A DNA stretch of 40,629 nt from Sphaerochaetaceae bacterium (GTDB lineage Bacteria; Spirochaetota; Spirochaetia; Sphaerochaetales; Sphaerochaetaceae): NCBI GenBank assembly GCA_045225895.1, contig JBGVBT010000016.1, forward strand, positions 1 to 40,629. Direction: 5' to 3'. Numbering within the stretch: position 1 is the stretch's first letter; each line of letters starts with the position of its first letter. The notes under the pieces are model-generated. The model made no database searches, had not been told where the DNA came from, and saw only the letters and a list, made by a program, of their open reading frames with translations. Shown here in pieces: positions 1 through 7,605 of this stretch. The position numbers and the translations under genes are program-made.

Positions 1-974
1 ATGCTCTCGTAGGGTCCGAAGGCAATGACTCTGTCTCCCTTTTCCAGGATCGTGTCCTTGCTGATTCTGATGGGCTTGTTGTCCCTCGAGACCATCATGA
101 TGTTGATGGAGAAGTACTCCTTGATCTTGCTGTCGACAAGACTCTTGCCCTCTATCATTGCCGGAACCTTGTTGAGCTTGATGTCGGAAAGGACCTGATT
201 GCCGAAGTTCGACATGATTGTAAGTGTGTTCTCTTCCTTGTCGGAGGTCTTTTTCTTTGTCTCAGGAACATCATTGTGTTCCTTCAGAAGGAAGGCATCC
301 CTGATGGCGGAAAGGGGACCGAAGGCAATGAGGGTGTCGTTGTTGGAGAACATGGTGTCTCCTGTGACGTAGTGGTTCTGGCCTTTTCTGGTGTACATGA
401 GGATGTTCACGTTGTATTTCTTTCTGAAATCCGTGTCTGCGATGCACTTTCCTTCAAGGAACTCGGGAACCTTGTAGAGGAAGATGTTGGCCACTGCATC
501 CTGTCCGTATGTATCCAGAACTGAAATGAAGTTCTCCTTTGCAGCCCTTTTGAATACCCTGACGGTCATTCCTTCGATCGCCTTGTTCATTGTTCTGGCA
601 ATGAAGGGGATGCGGAGGATGAGGAAGAAAAGGACAAGGCCTCCGAACCATGCGATCATGAGCATGAGCTGAGGGTCGAAATCCGTGAAGTCGATGCTGA
701 GAAAAAGGTTGATGAACAGAGATGCAATGACCACGGCGAAGAAATAGCCTGTCAGCATTGCGGCGGTTGCTATGCTTCTTCTAGTCTTCTCGCTCACGAT
801 TATCTCTGATTCCGCCGTGGTGTAACCGGCGTTCGTCAGAAGGGAGACAGACTGGAAAGCCGCTCTTTCCTTCGGAATGCCTGTAATCCTGAACAGCACG
901 GAGAAAAACTTTATCAGTGCGTAGTAGATGATGATGACTGCGACAATCAGTGAAACGGAAGAAATAAAGCTCAT
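1..974 (-). CDS. Membrane protein with one Trk/Ktr-like pore-loop unit followed by two TrkA-C (RCK_C)-like repeats. It is partial because the 3' end runs off the window.
   Basis: It is absent from the ORF track because there is no stop in the window. ATG at 972-974 with GGGAG 7 nt upstream, and the frame is open to position 1. Hand translation: MSFISSVSLIVAVIIIYYALIKFFSVLFRITGIPKERAAFQSVSLLTNAGYTTAE..., with two further hydrophobic helices. Two similar soluble repeats follow: ...VPEFLEGKCIADTDFRKKYNVNILMYTRKGQNHYVTGDTMFSNNDTLIAFGP and ...VPAMIEGKSLVDSKIKEYFSINIMMVSRDNKPIRISKDTILEKGDRVIAFGP. Confidence 0.6.
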   Translation of the reverse strand, partial: MSFISSVSLIVAVIIIYYALIKFFSVLFRITGIPKERAAFQSVSLLTNAGYTTAESEIIVSEKTRRSIATAAMLTGYFFAVVIASLFINLFLSIDFTDFDPQLMLMIAWFGGLVLFFLILRIPFIARTMNKAIEGMTVRVFKRAAKENFISVLDTYGQDAVANIFLYKVPEFLEGKCIADTDFRKKYNVNILMYTRKGQNHYVTGDTMFSNNDTLIAFGPLSAIRDAFLLKEHNDVPETKKKTSDKEENTLTIMSNFGNQVLSDIKLNKVPAMIEGKSLVDSKIKEYFSINIMMVSRDNKPIRISKDTILEKGDRVIAFGPYES

Positions 975-1058
975 GATTCTGCTCCCAGATTATTCTCGTT
1001 GATTAAGGGACACCCGTCAATAGGACGGAATAATCCAACAATATGCCACCCCTGACCA

Positions 1059-1088
1059 TTGTATATATTTTTAGTTTACAAATATAAT
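1059..1088 (+). promoter_or_regulatory. Candidate sigma70-type promoter for the HD-GYP gene
   Basis: TTGTAT (1059-1064), 18-nt spacer, TATAAT (1083-1088), about 25 nt upstream of the start codon at 1114. Confidence 0.3.
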
Positions 1089-1113
1089 GACGACGTTATA
1101 AAGGGCTATTTCA

Positions 1114-2484
1114 ATGAAGGAAGAACACTGGAAGACGGCGATCTGTATTTTCTCCGTCACACTGATGATATTGGTCGCAATATTTGCAGTCAGCAGGATC
1201 AAAACAGGAAGATACAACAATGAAGTGCATCACGCGGTTTTCTCCGGGGAGGATCTTTTTTCCTCTGATGCGATTCAGAAAGAAGGTGTGTACGTGAAGG
1301 CTTCTGCAAGAAGCAGCACATGGACCAAGGTCTTCGATCTGAATAACGAGGGACTGGTCGAGCCCGATTATCAGGCTTACACATATGACTTCAGCATTAC
1401 AAACGACACAAAGGATGAAGTGAAGGAATTCTCATTCAAGCTGTCTTTCAGCAGTGAGGTCTATATCATGTCTGCCTGGAACGGAGCTCTTGAGATCCAT
1501 CAGCAGGTGACAGGTGGCGAGCTGGTTTCGGTGGTTCCCGACATGAGGGAGTATGATCCTTCCAAGCATGCTCTGGATACTGTCGTTGTCGACGGAGATC
1601 CTCTGGTCCGCATGAGGGTGGGGGATTATCTGGTCTATTATCCGAGTTCAAGCATGAACGCCATGGAGGTTCCGATCAAGCCGTTGGAGGGAACTACTCC
1701 GGGTATCATCCTGTATGTGGCCATCGGTGATAACATCGATGGTTCCACACTGGCGATGGATTACAGATTCCACAGGGTACTGAAAAGCGAGCCTCTGTTC
1801 TGGGTCTCTCTTGCAGGCTTTGTCATCTGGCTTATGGCTCTGGTCAACTACGGAATCACAACGGAGCAGATCAGGAAATACAAGAAACGCCATGAGAGGG
1901 ACAATGAGATCATCAAGGAATCCATCGAGACCTTCACCGGATTCATCGATGCAAAGGACCCTTATACAAACGGTCACTCCAAGCGTGTGGCATACTATAC
2001 CAGGCGTCTTGCCAAGGAGATGGGGTTCGAGGGTGAGGCTCTGGACCGCATCTACTACACGGCGCTTCTGCATGACTGCGGAAAGATCGGTGTTCCCGAC
2101 AACATACTTGGCAAGCCAGGCAAACTGACGGATGAGGAGTTCGAAATCATCAAGTCCCACACCGTCAGGGGTGGTGAGATCCTCCACCGCTTCAAGAGCC
2201 TTGAGCATGTCGAGGACGGAGCCCGGTACCATCACGAAAGATATGACGGCAAAGGATATCCGGAGGGTAAGGCAGGAAATGACATTCCTCTTATCGCACG
2301 TATCATCTGTGTCGCCGATTCATACGACGCGATGAACACGGATCGTGTGTACAGGAAAAAGCTTTCCAGAGAGCAGATCATCAACGAGATCACAAAGAAC
2401 AAGGGGCTGCAGTTCGATCCGCAGATTGCGGACATCATGCTCGCTCTCCTTCAGAGCAACACGCTCGGTTCGGAAGAAGACTGA
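1114..2484 (+). CDS. Membrane-anchored HD-GYP domain c-di-GMP phosphodiesterase with an approximately 200-aa extracytoplasmic sensor domain between two TM helices
   Basis: 456-aa ORF. TM helices are ICIFSVTLMILVAIFAV and LFWVSLAGFVIWLMALV. The HD motif LLHDCGKIGVP starts at nt 2071. HHERYDGKGYP has its GYP at nt 2254-2262. CVADSYDAMNTDRVYR is also present. Confidence 0.9.
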   Translation: MKEEHWKTAICIFSVTLMILVAIFAVSRIKTGRYNNEVHHAVFSGEDLFSSDAIQKEGVYVKASARSSTWTKVFDLNNEGLVEPDYQAYTYDFSITNDTKDEVKEFSFKLSFSSEVYIMSAWNGALEIHQQVTGGELVSVVPDMREYDPSKHALDTVVVDGDPLVRMRVGDYLVYYPSSSMNAMEVPIKPLEGTTPGIILYVAIGDNIDGSTLAMDYRFHRVLKSEPLFWVSLAGFVIWLMALVNYGITTEQIRKYKKRHERDNEIIKESIETFTGFIDAKDPYTNGHSKRVAYYTRRLAKEMGFEGEALDRIYYTALLHDCGKIGVPDNILGKPGKLTDEEFEIIKSHTVRGGEILHRFKSLEHVEDGARYHHERYDGKGYPEGKAGNDIPLIARIICVADSYDAMNTDRVYRKKLSREQIINEITKNKGLQFDPQIADIMLALLQSNTLGSEED

Positions 2485-2503
2485 ATTTGACATGCAGCAA
2501 AAA

Positions 2504-2543
2504 AAGGCAGCTCCATCGCATTGATGAAGCTGCCTTATGTTTT
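2504..2543 (+). terminator. Rho-independent terminator after the HD-GYP gene
   Basis: AAGGCAGCT (2504-2512) pairs with AGCTGCCTT (2528-2536). The loop is 15 nt and the stem is followed by ATGTTTT. Confidence 0.55.
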
Positions 2544-2690
2544 CTGCAACGGTTTGCGCTATTTCTTTTTGTTCAGTGGAAGATGAAGCAGGAGAGGACT
2601 ATCATCGCCGTGTTGGTGACGATGGGTCTTGTTTTGTCCATCAGATCGTCATAACCGGTTTCGGTAGTAGGTCTGGATTTCAAAAAGCCG

Positions 2691-2719
2691 TGACTAAAGT
2701 AAGGTAATACCGTTATAAT
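2691..2719 (+). promoter_or_regulatory. Candidate promoter for the AGDEF cyclase gene
   Basis: TGACTA (2691-2696), 17-nt spacer, TATAAT (2714-2719). AGGAGGG SD at 2741-2747 precedes the ATG at 2753. Confidence 0.35.
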
Positions 2720-2752
2720 GTTATTCTGTATTCAGGATTTAGGAGGGATGCC

Positions 2753-3907
2753 ATGAATATGCAGGAGATTCTGGTAGCGAACGGAGCAAGTGCTATGCTG
2801 CTTGCAATCCTGCTGATCTGCAGGCACAAGACAAGACGCAACCGCCGGGTTACAGACAAGATATTCTCCTTTATCATTTATCTGGCCGTTGTCGGGACCT
2901 TCCTCGAAACCATGACGTTCGTCATGGACGGCCATGGCGGGGCATTCCTCCGGGTTCTGAATTTCTTCTGCAATTCCGTGGAATATGCATGCACCACATC
3001 GGCTGCGACGTTGTGGGTCTTCTATGTGGATATGAATCTGTACCGCAACACAAAAAGGCTGAACAAGACCTATCTGCCGGTAATCATCAGCTGGTCATTG
3101 ATGATGGTCCTTCTGATCGGAAACATCTTCGGAGGATATGCCTTCACCGTGGACGGAGCCAATGTCTACCACAGGCAGCCGTTCGGATACATCTTCTATG
3201 TCCATCTGCTCGGCTGCTACATAGTGAGCATAATCATATACCTGCGTTTCCGTGCCAATCACGGAAAGGCCCAGTTCTTCCCCATCTGGATGTTCATGAC
3301 CCCGCTCTTCATCTCGATCTTCATTGCAATCCCGTTCTATGGAATCTCCGTGACGTTCCTGGGATGCTCGATCGGACTTGTCGGCCTTTACATGAACATA
3401 CAGAGCAAGATATCCCTTGTCGATGGTCTTACGGGACTCTACAACAGGGCTTACATCGAGCACGCAATGATCGACGCAAGGCTCAGCAAGAGATTCATAT
3501 TCGCCGGAATCATGCTTGATATAGACAATTTCAAGCAGATCAACGACACGTACGGACACTCAGTGGGAGACGATGCTTTGGTCGAGGCTTCCAGGATGCT
3601 TGTGAATGCCACAGACCGCAATTCCGTCGCATTCCGGTATGCCGGTGACGAGTTCATTGTTCTTGTGAGGATGACGGCCGGAAACGCTGAGGAGCTTAGA
3701 GGCAGGACTCTTGCCGTCATGGATCGCATCACCGCCGAGACTGAGAAATTCAACAACGGCAGGGAAGTTCCGTACAGGATAGTCTTCTCCATGGGCTATT
3801 CGATGTTTGATACGGACCATTCTGACGATGAGTTCTTCCACAACATGGATCTTGAGATGTACAAGGACAAGCACCGCCACAAGGAACTGGAGAAGATGGA
3901 GAACTGA
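2753..3907 (+). CDS. Integral-membrane diguanylate cyclase (GGDEF domain with an AGDEF active-site variant)
   Basis: 384-aa ORF with about 6 N-terminal TM helices. The GGDEF domain reads LTGLYNRAY...MLDIDNFKQINDTYGHSVGDDALV...FRYAGDEFIVLV, with AGDEF at nt 3641-3655. There is no RxxD I-site five residues upstream. Confidence 0.88.
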   Translation: MNMQEILVANGASAMLLAILLICRHKTRRNRRVTDKIFSFIIYLAVVGTFLETMTFVMDGHGGAFLRVLNFFCNSVEYACTTSAATLWVFYVDMNLYRNTKRLNKTYLPVIISWSLMMVLLIGNIFGGYAFTVDGANVYHRQPFGYIFYVHLLGCYIVSIIIYLRFRANHGKAQFFPIWMFMTPLFISIFIAIPFYGISVTFLGCSIGLVGLYMNIQSKISLVDGLTGLYNRAYIEHAMIDARLSKRFIFAGIMLDIDNFKQINDTYGHSVGDDALVEASRMLVNATDRNSVAFRYAGDEFIVLVRMTAGNAEELRGRTLAVMDRITAETEKFNNGREVPYRIVFSMGYSMFDTDHSDDEFFHNMDLEMYKDKHRHKELEKMEN

Positions 3908-3921
3908 AGGCAGTTCCCCGA

Positions 3922-4299
3922 TCAGTCCTTTTTACCGTACTTCAGATTATGGGCTTTGATGGCCTCAAAGGTCTTGTCACTTATATAATGTTCAACGCGG
4001 CAGGCGTCTTCGGCTGCCGTTTCTTCATCTACACCGATGTTCACCAGCAGTTTTGTAAGAAGCACATGGCGCTCGTAGATCCGTTTTGCCCTGGCTTCTC
4101 CCTCGGGAGTGAGCTTTATGAACCCGCGGCTGTCGGTTTCCGCAAGCTCTTCCTGTTTCAGAAGACTGAGACCCCGGCTTACGGAAGGTTTCGAGTAGCC
4201 CATGTATTCGCCCACATCAATGGCTCTGACCTCGTCTGATTTCTGAGAGAGGATATAGATTGTCTCGAGATACATTTCCCCGGATTCCTGCAAAGGCAT
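3922..4299 (-). CDS. DtxR/MntR-family metal-dependent transcriptional repressor
   Basis: MPLQESGEMYLETIYILSQKSDEVRAIDVGEYMGYSKPSVSRGLSLLKQEELAE...RIYERHVLLTKLL...ACRVEHYISDKTFEAI. I chose the ATG at 4297-4299 because AAGGAG lies 6 nt upstream. The track ORF extends to 4371 and would run into the feo promoter. Confidence 0.85.
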   Translation of the reverse strand: MPLQESGEMYLETIYILSQKSDEVRAIDVGEYMGYSKPSVSRGLSLLKQEELAETDSRGFIKLTPEGEARAKRIYERHVLLTKLLVNIGVDEETAAEDACRVEHYISDKTFEAIKAHNLKYGKKD

Positions 4300-4364
4300 T
4301 TTCGGCTCCTTAAAGATAGATTCACACAGAACTGTCTTTTTAGCAACAGAAAGCCGTGATGCAC

Positions 4365-4393
4365 TTGACAAGTTAGCATAGGCTAACCATAAT
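4365..4393 (+). promoter_or_regulatory. feo operon promoter
   Basis: TTGACA (4365-4370), exactly 17 nt, CATAAT (4388-4393). The spacer is filled by the first palindromic operator. Confidence 0.6.
4372..4387. promoter_or_regulatory. Operator 1: 16-bp palindrome GTTAGCATAGGCTAAC (DtxR/IdeR-box-like)
   Basis: Perfect 6-bp inverted arms, GTTAGC and GCTAAC, with a 4-nt centre. It lies between the -35 and -10 elements of the feo promoter. Confidence 0.6.
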
Positions 4394-4401
4394 CTGAGTC
4401 A

Positions 4402-4417
4402 GTTAGCGCTGTCTAAC
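4402..4417. promoter_or_regulatory. Operator 2: GTTAGCGCTGTCTAAC
   Basis: It has the same architecture as operator 1, with 5 of 6 arm positions matching. It extends to AGTTAG...CTAACT and sits just downstream of the -10 element. Confidence 0.5.
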
Positions 4418-4443
4418 TTCAATGGATCCAAAACAAGGAGAAC

Positions 4444-4659
4444 ATGATGATGCCCCTGAATCTTGCAGAGATGAGCAAAGCACAGATCATAAGGAAAATC
4501 GGTGGAAGTCCTGATGTCAGAAAGCATCTGGAGGACCTGGGTTTCAATGTGGGAGGGGAGGTCAGCGTAGTTAGCTCGCTGGGTGGAAATCTCATTGTAA
4601 AGGTCAAGGAAAGCCGGGTTGCTGTAAGCAGCGAGCTGGCAAGAAGAATAATGGTTTGA
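4444..4659 (+). CDS. feoA: FeoA family ferrous iron transport protein (copy 1)
   Basis: 71-aa ORF: LAEMSKAQIIRKIGGSPDVRKHLEDLGFNVGGEVSVVSSLGGNLIVKVKESRVAVSSELARRIMV. There are three consecutive ATGs (4444, 4447, 4450). AAGGAG at 4435-4440 favours the second or third ATG. Confidence 0.85.
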   Translation: MMMPLNLAEMSKAQIIRKIGGSPDVRKHLEDLGFNVGGEVSVVSSLGGNLIVKVKESRVAVSSELARRIMV

Positions 4660-4671
4660 ACGGAGGAAAGG

Positions 4672-4893
4672 ATGAAAACGCTGAGGGAAGTCGGAATCGG
4701 AGAGACCGCAGTTGTAGTGAAACTCCATGGAGAAGGTGCTGTGAAGCGCAGGATCATGGATATGGGAATTACAAAGAACACATCTGTCTTTGTCAGAAAG
4801 GTTGCACCGCTTGGTGACCCGATAGAGGTGACCGTAAGAGGGTATGAGCTTTCCATCCGCAAAGCCGATGCCCAGATGATCGAGGTCAACTGA
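4672..4893 (+). CDS. feoA: FeoA family ferrous iron transport protein (copy 2)
   Basis: 73-aa ORF: VVVKLHGEGAVKRRIMDMGITKNTSVFVRKVAPLGDPIEVTVRGYELSIRKADAQMIEV. A GGAGGAAAGG SD lies upstream. Confidence 0.85.
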   Translation: MKTLREVGIGETAVVVKLHGEGAVKRRIMDMGITKNTSVFVRKVAPLGDPIEVTVRGYELSIRKADAQMIEVN

Positions 4894-4911
4894 CTTTTTT
4901 TTGAGAGTACG

Positions 4912-4927
4912 GTTAGCAATTGCTAAC
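4912..4927. promoter_or_regulatory. Operator 3: perfect 16-bp palindrome GTTAGCAATTGCTAAC between feoA2 and feoB
   Basis: It has the same half-sites as operators 1 and 2. It lies in the 60-nt feoA2-feoB spacer, about 27 nt upstream of the feoB ATG. Confidence 0.55.
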
Positions 4928-4953
4928 TACAACTGACTATAAGGAGAGGCTTT

Positions 4954-7341
4954 ATGAATATCAGAATTGCTCTTGCAGGCAACCCCAACAGCGGAAAGAC
5001 AACACTGTTCAATGCCCTGACCGGATCGAACCAGTTTGTCGGAAACTGGCCCGGAGTCACTGTCGAGAAGAAAGAAGGAAAACTGAAGAACCACGAAGGC
5101 GTGACCATCACCGACCTTCCCGGAATATACTCGCTGTCCCCATATACCCTTGAGGAAGTCGTCGCACGTGATTATCTGATCACCGAACGTCCCGATGCGA
5201 TACTGAACATCATCGACGGAACAAACCTTGAAAGAAACCTTTATCTGACCACCCAGCTGGTCGAGCTCGGAATCCCCGTGGTGCTGGCCGTCAACATGAT
5301 GGATGTTGTCCGCAAGAACGGTGACGTCATAAACACACAGGAGCTTTCAAGACAGCTCGGTTGCAAGGTAGTTGAAATCTCGGCTCTTAAGGGAACCGGA
5401 GTGATGGCTGCGGCCGAGGCTGCCATCGAGGCTGCGAAGAAAACAAAGACAGTACCTCAGCATACTTTCTCCGGTCCTGTGGAGCATGCACTTGCCCATA
5501 TTGAGGAGGCTGTTGTCCACGACCTTCCCCGGGAGCAGCAGAGATGGTATGCCATCAAGGTCTTCGAACGTGACTGCAAGGTCATGAAGCAGCTGACAAT
5601 CTCTCCCGAGACCCTTTCCCATGTCGAGGATGACATCAGGGATGCGGAAAAGGAACTTGACGACGATGCGGAGAGCATCATCACCAATGAGCGCTACATC
5701 TACATTGCCGGTGTGATCAAGGCCTGTTACAAGAGAAGGAAGACCGCCGGCGCATCCACATCGGACAAGATCGACCGCATTGTCACAAACAGATGGCTCG
5801 GACTTCCGATCTTCGCCATCATCATGTTCGCAGTCTACTGGATTGCGATGGTCGGCGTCGGAACTCCGGCAACGGATTTCACCAACGACTGCGTCTTCGG
5901 TGACGGTTTCCATCTTTTCGGAATAGACGGCGGTTATGCAGAGCTTTCTGAGGAGTATTCAAACGCAACTCTGATTGTGGACGGTTACGATGCATATGTG
6001 GAGGAAAACGGCAAGGCCCCTGTAGGTGAATTCGAGTACGCAGTCGAGGATGAAGAGACTCTGGAAGTTTCCTACGAAGTTGCAACGATAGCCGAATATA
6101 GGGATGCTGTTGAAGTTTTGGATAGAATAGGCGAGGAACCGGACCCCGCTGATTATGGAGTATGGGTTCCCGGAATTCCGGCCCTTGTCGAGAAAGGTCT
6201 GGATGCTGTCAATGCAGCCGACTGGCTCAAGGGTCTGATCCTGGATGGAATTGTCGCCGGTGTCGGAGCCGTCCTGGGCTTTGTCCCTCAGATGCTGGTG
6301 CTGTTCCTGCTGCTTGCATTCCTGGAGGCCTGCGGTTACATGGCAAGAATCGCATTCGTGCTTGACCGTGTGTTCCGCAAGTTCGGCCTCTCCGGAAAGT
6401 CCTTCATCCCCATGCTTATCGGCGTGGGATGCGGAGTTCCCGGTATCATGGCAAGCAGGACAATCGAGAACGAGCGTGACCGCCGCATGACAATCATGAC
6501 AACCACTTTCATCCCCTGCGGTGCAAAGGTCCCGTTCATAGCAATGATTGCCGGAGCCATCTTCGGAAAATCCCCGTGGGTCTCCACCTCCGCCTACTTC
6601 ATCGGAATGGCTGCCATTGTCATTTCGGGAATCATGCTCAAGAAGACAAAGATGTTCTCGGGCGAACCCGCTCCTTTTGTTATGGAGCTTCCGCCTTACC
6701 ACTGGCCGACAGTCGGCAACGTTCTCAGATCCATGTGGGAACGCGGATGGTCCTTCATCAGAAAAGCCGGAACGATAATTCTCCTTTCCACAATCGTTGT
6801 CTGGTTTACGAGCTTCTTCGGCTTCACCGCAGATGGTTTCCGCATGCTGGCAGACGATGAGCTTGACCTTTCCATCCTGGCTAGGATCGGCAATCTGATT
6901 GCCTGGATTTTCGCTCCTCTCGGATGGGGAACATGGCAGGCTGCGGTTGCATCCATCACCGGTCTGGTCGCCAAGGAAAACATTGTCGGTACAATGGGAA
7001 TCCTCTACGGCAGCGGCGATGCAACCGTGTGGCAGGCACTGGCGCAGGCATTCAATGGAATCACCGGTTACTCCTTCCTGGTATTCAACCTTCTGTGCGC
7101 CCCGTGCTTTGCCGCCATCGGTGCCATCAAGAGAGAGATGAACAATCCCAGATGGACCTGGTTCGCCATCGGCTATCAGTGCGGTTTCGCCTACTTTGTG
7201 GCCTTGATGATCAACCAGTTCGGAAAACTGTTCACCGGTAATGTGAACATCATCGGACTTGTGTTCGCTCTGGCATCACTTGCACTGATCGTCTACATGC
7301 TGTTCATCAAGAAGTACAAGGAAGCCACTGTGAGGAAATAA
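4954..7341 (+). CDS. feoB: Ferrous iron transporter FeoB (N-terminal G-domain plus membrane permease)
   Basis: 795-aa ORF. G1 motif is IALAGNPNSGKTTLFNALTG, followed by DLPGIYSL and NMMD. The C-terminal part is polytopic. AAGGAGAGG SD lies upstream. Confidence 0.95.
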   Translation: MNIRIALAGNPNSGKTTLFNALTGSNQFVGNWPGVTVEKKEGKLKNHEGVTITDLPGIYSLSPYTLEEVVARDYLITERPDAILNIIDGTNLERNLYLTTQLVELGIPVVLAVNMMDVVRKNGDVINTQELSRQLGCKVVEISALKGTGVMAAAEAAIEAAKKTKTVPQHTFSGPVEHALAHIEEAVVHDLPREQQRWYAIKVFERDCKVMKQLTISPETLSHVEDDIRDAEKELDDDAESIITNERYIYIAGVIKACYKRRKTAGASTSDKIDRIVTNRWLGLPIFAIIMFAVYWIAMVGVGTPATDFTNDCVFGDGFHLFGIDGGYAELSEEYSNATLIVDGYDAYVEENGKAPVGEFEYAVEDEETLEVSYEVATIAEYRDAVEVLDRIGEEPDPADYGVWVPGIPALVEKGLDAVNAADWLKGLILDGIVAGVGAVLGFVPQMLVLFLLLAFLEACGYMARIAFVLDRVFRKFGLSGKSFIPMLIGVGCGVPGIMASRTIENERDRRMTIMTTTFIPCGAKVPFIAMIAGAIFGKSPWVSTSAYFIGMAAIVISGIMLKKTKMFSGEPAPFVMELPPYHWPTVGNVLRSMWERGWSFIRKAGTIILLSTIVVWFTSFFGFTADGFRMLADDELDLSILARIGNLIAWIFAPLGWGTWQAAVASITGLVAKENIVGTMGILYGSGDATVWQALAQAFNGITGYSFLVFNLLCAPCFAAIGAIKREMNNPRWTWFAIGYQCGFAYFVALMINQFGKLFTGNVNIIGLVFALASLALIVYMLFIKKYKEATVRK

Positions 7342-7353
7342 GGGAGGAAAAAC

Positions 7354-7548
7354 ATGAGCATCGGAACAATCATCATCACACTCGTACTTGTCGGAATTGT
7401 CACTCTGGTGATTGTGAGGATGGTCAGGGACAGAAAGAAGGGCAAGGCCTCCTGTTGCGGAGGCTGCGCCCACTGTGCCATGGCCGGAATGTGCCACAAG
7501 GCCAAGGAGGGCAGCAATCAGAGCTGCAAGTGCGGATGCTGCAAGTGA
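7354..7548 (+). CDS. FeoB-associated Cys-rich small membrane protein
   Basis: 64 aa with one TM helix (IGTIIITLVLVGIVTLVIV). The tail is SCCGGCAHCAMAGMCHKAKEGSNQSCKCGCCK, with 9 Cys and 2 His. GGGAGG SD is present and the gene starts 13 nt after feoB. Confidence 0.8.
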   Translation: MSIGTIIITLVLVGIVTLVIVRMVRDRKKGKASCCGGCAHCAMAGMCHKAKEGSNQSCKCGCCK

Positions 7549-7584
7549 CAGTCAGATGAATGATCTGTTCTGGATCTCATGATT

Positions 7585-7605
7585 CAGGGTTGTCCCTGTC
7601 TTTTT
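7585..7605 (+). terminator. Weak terminator-like hairpin after the feo operon
   Basis: CAGGG-ttgt-CCCTG followed by TCTTTTT. Two further hairpins follow: CGGTCATG/CATGACCG (7628-7651) and CCGTTTC/GAAACGG (7657-7676), the latter followed by AAAAGCTTTTTG. Confidence 0.4.

Noticed and set aside
2573-2641. A 22-codon minus-strand ORF (MDKTRPIVTNTAMIVLSCFIFH) in the gap between the HD-GYP and cyclase genes.
   Set aside because: There is no Shine-Dalgarno sequence and no promoter evidence. An ORF of this size is expected by chance.
4300-4371. A 24-codon N-terminal extension of the DtxR-family ORF, as drawn in the ORF track.
   Set aside because: The internal ATG at 4299 has a good AAGGAG SD and gives the normal family length. 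The extension would be translated from within the feo promoter/operator region.
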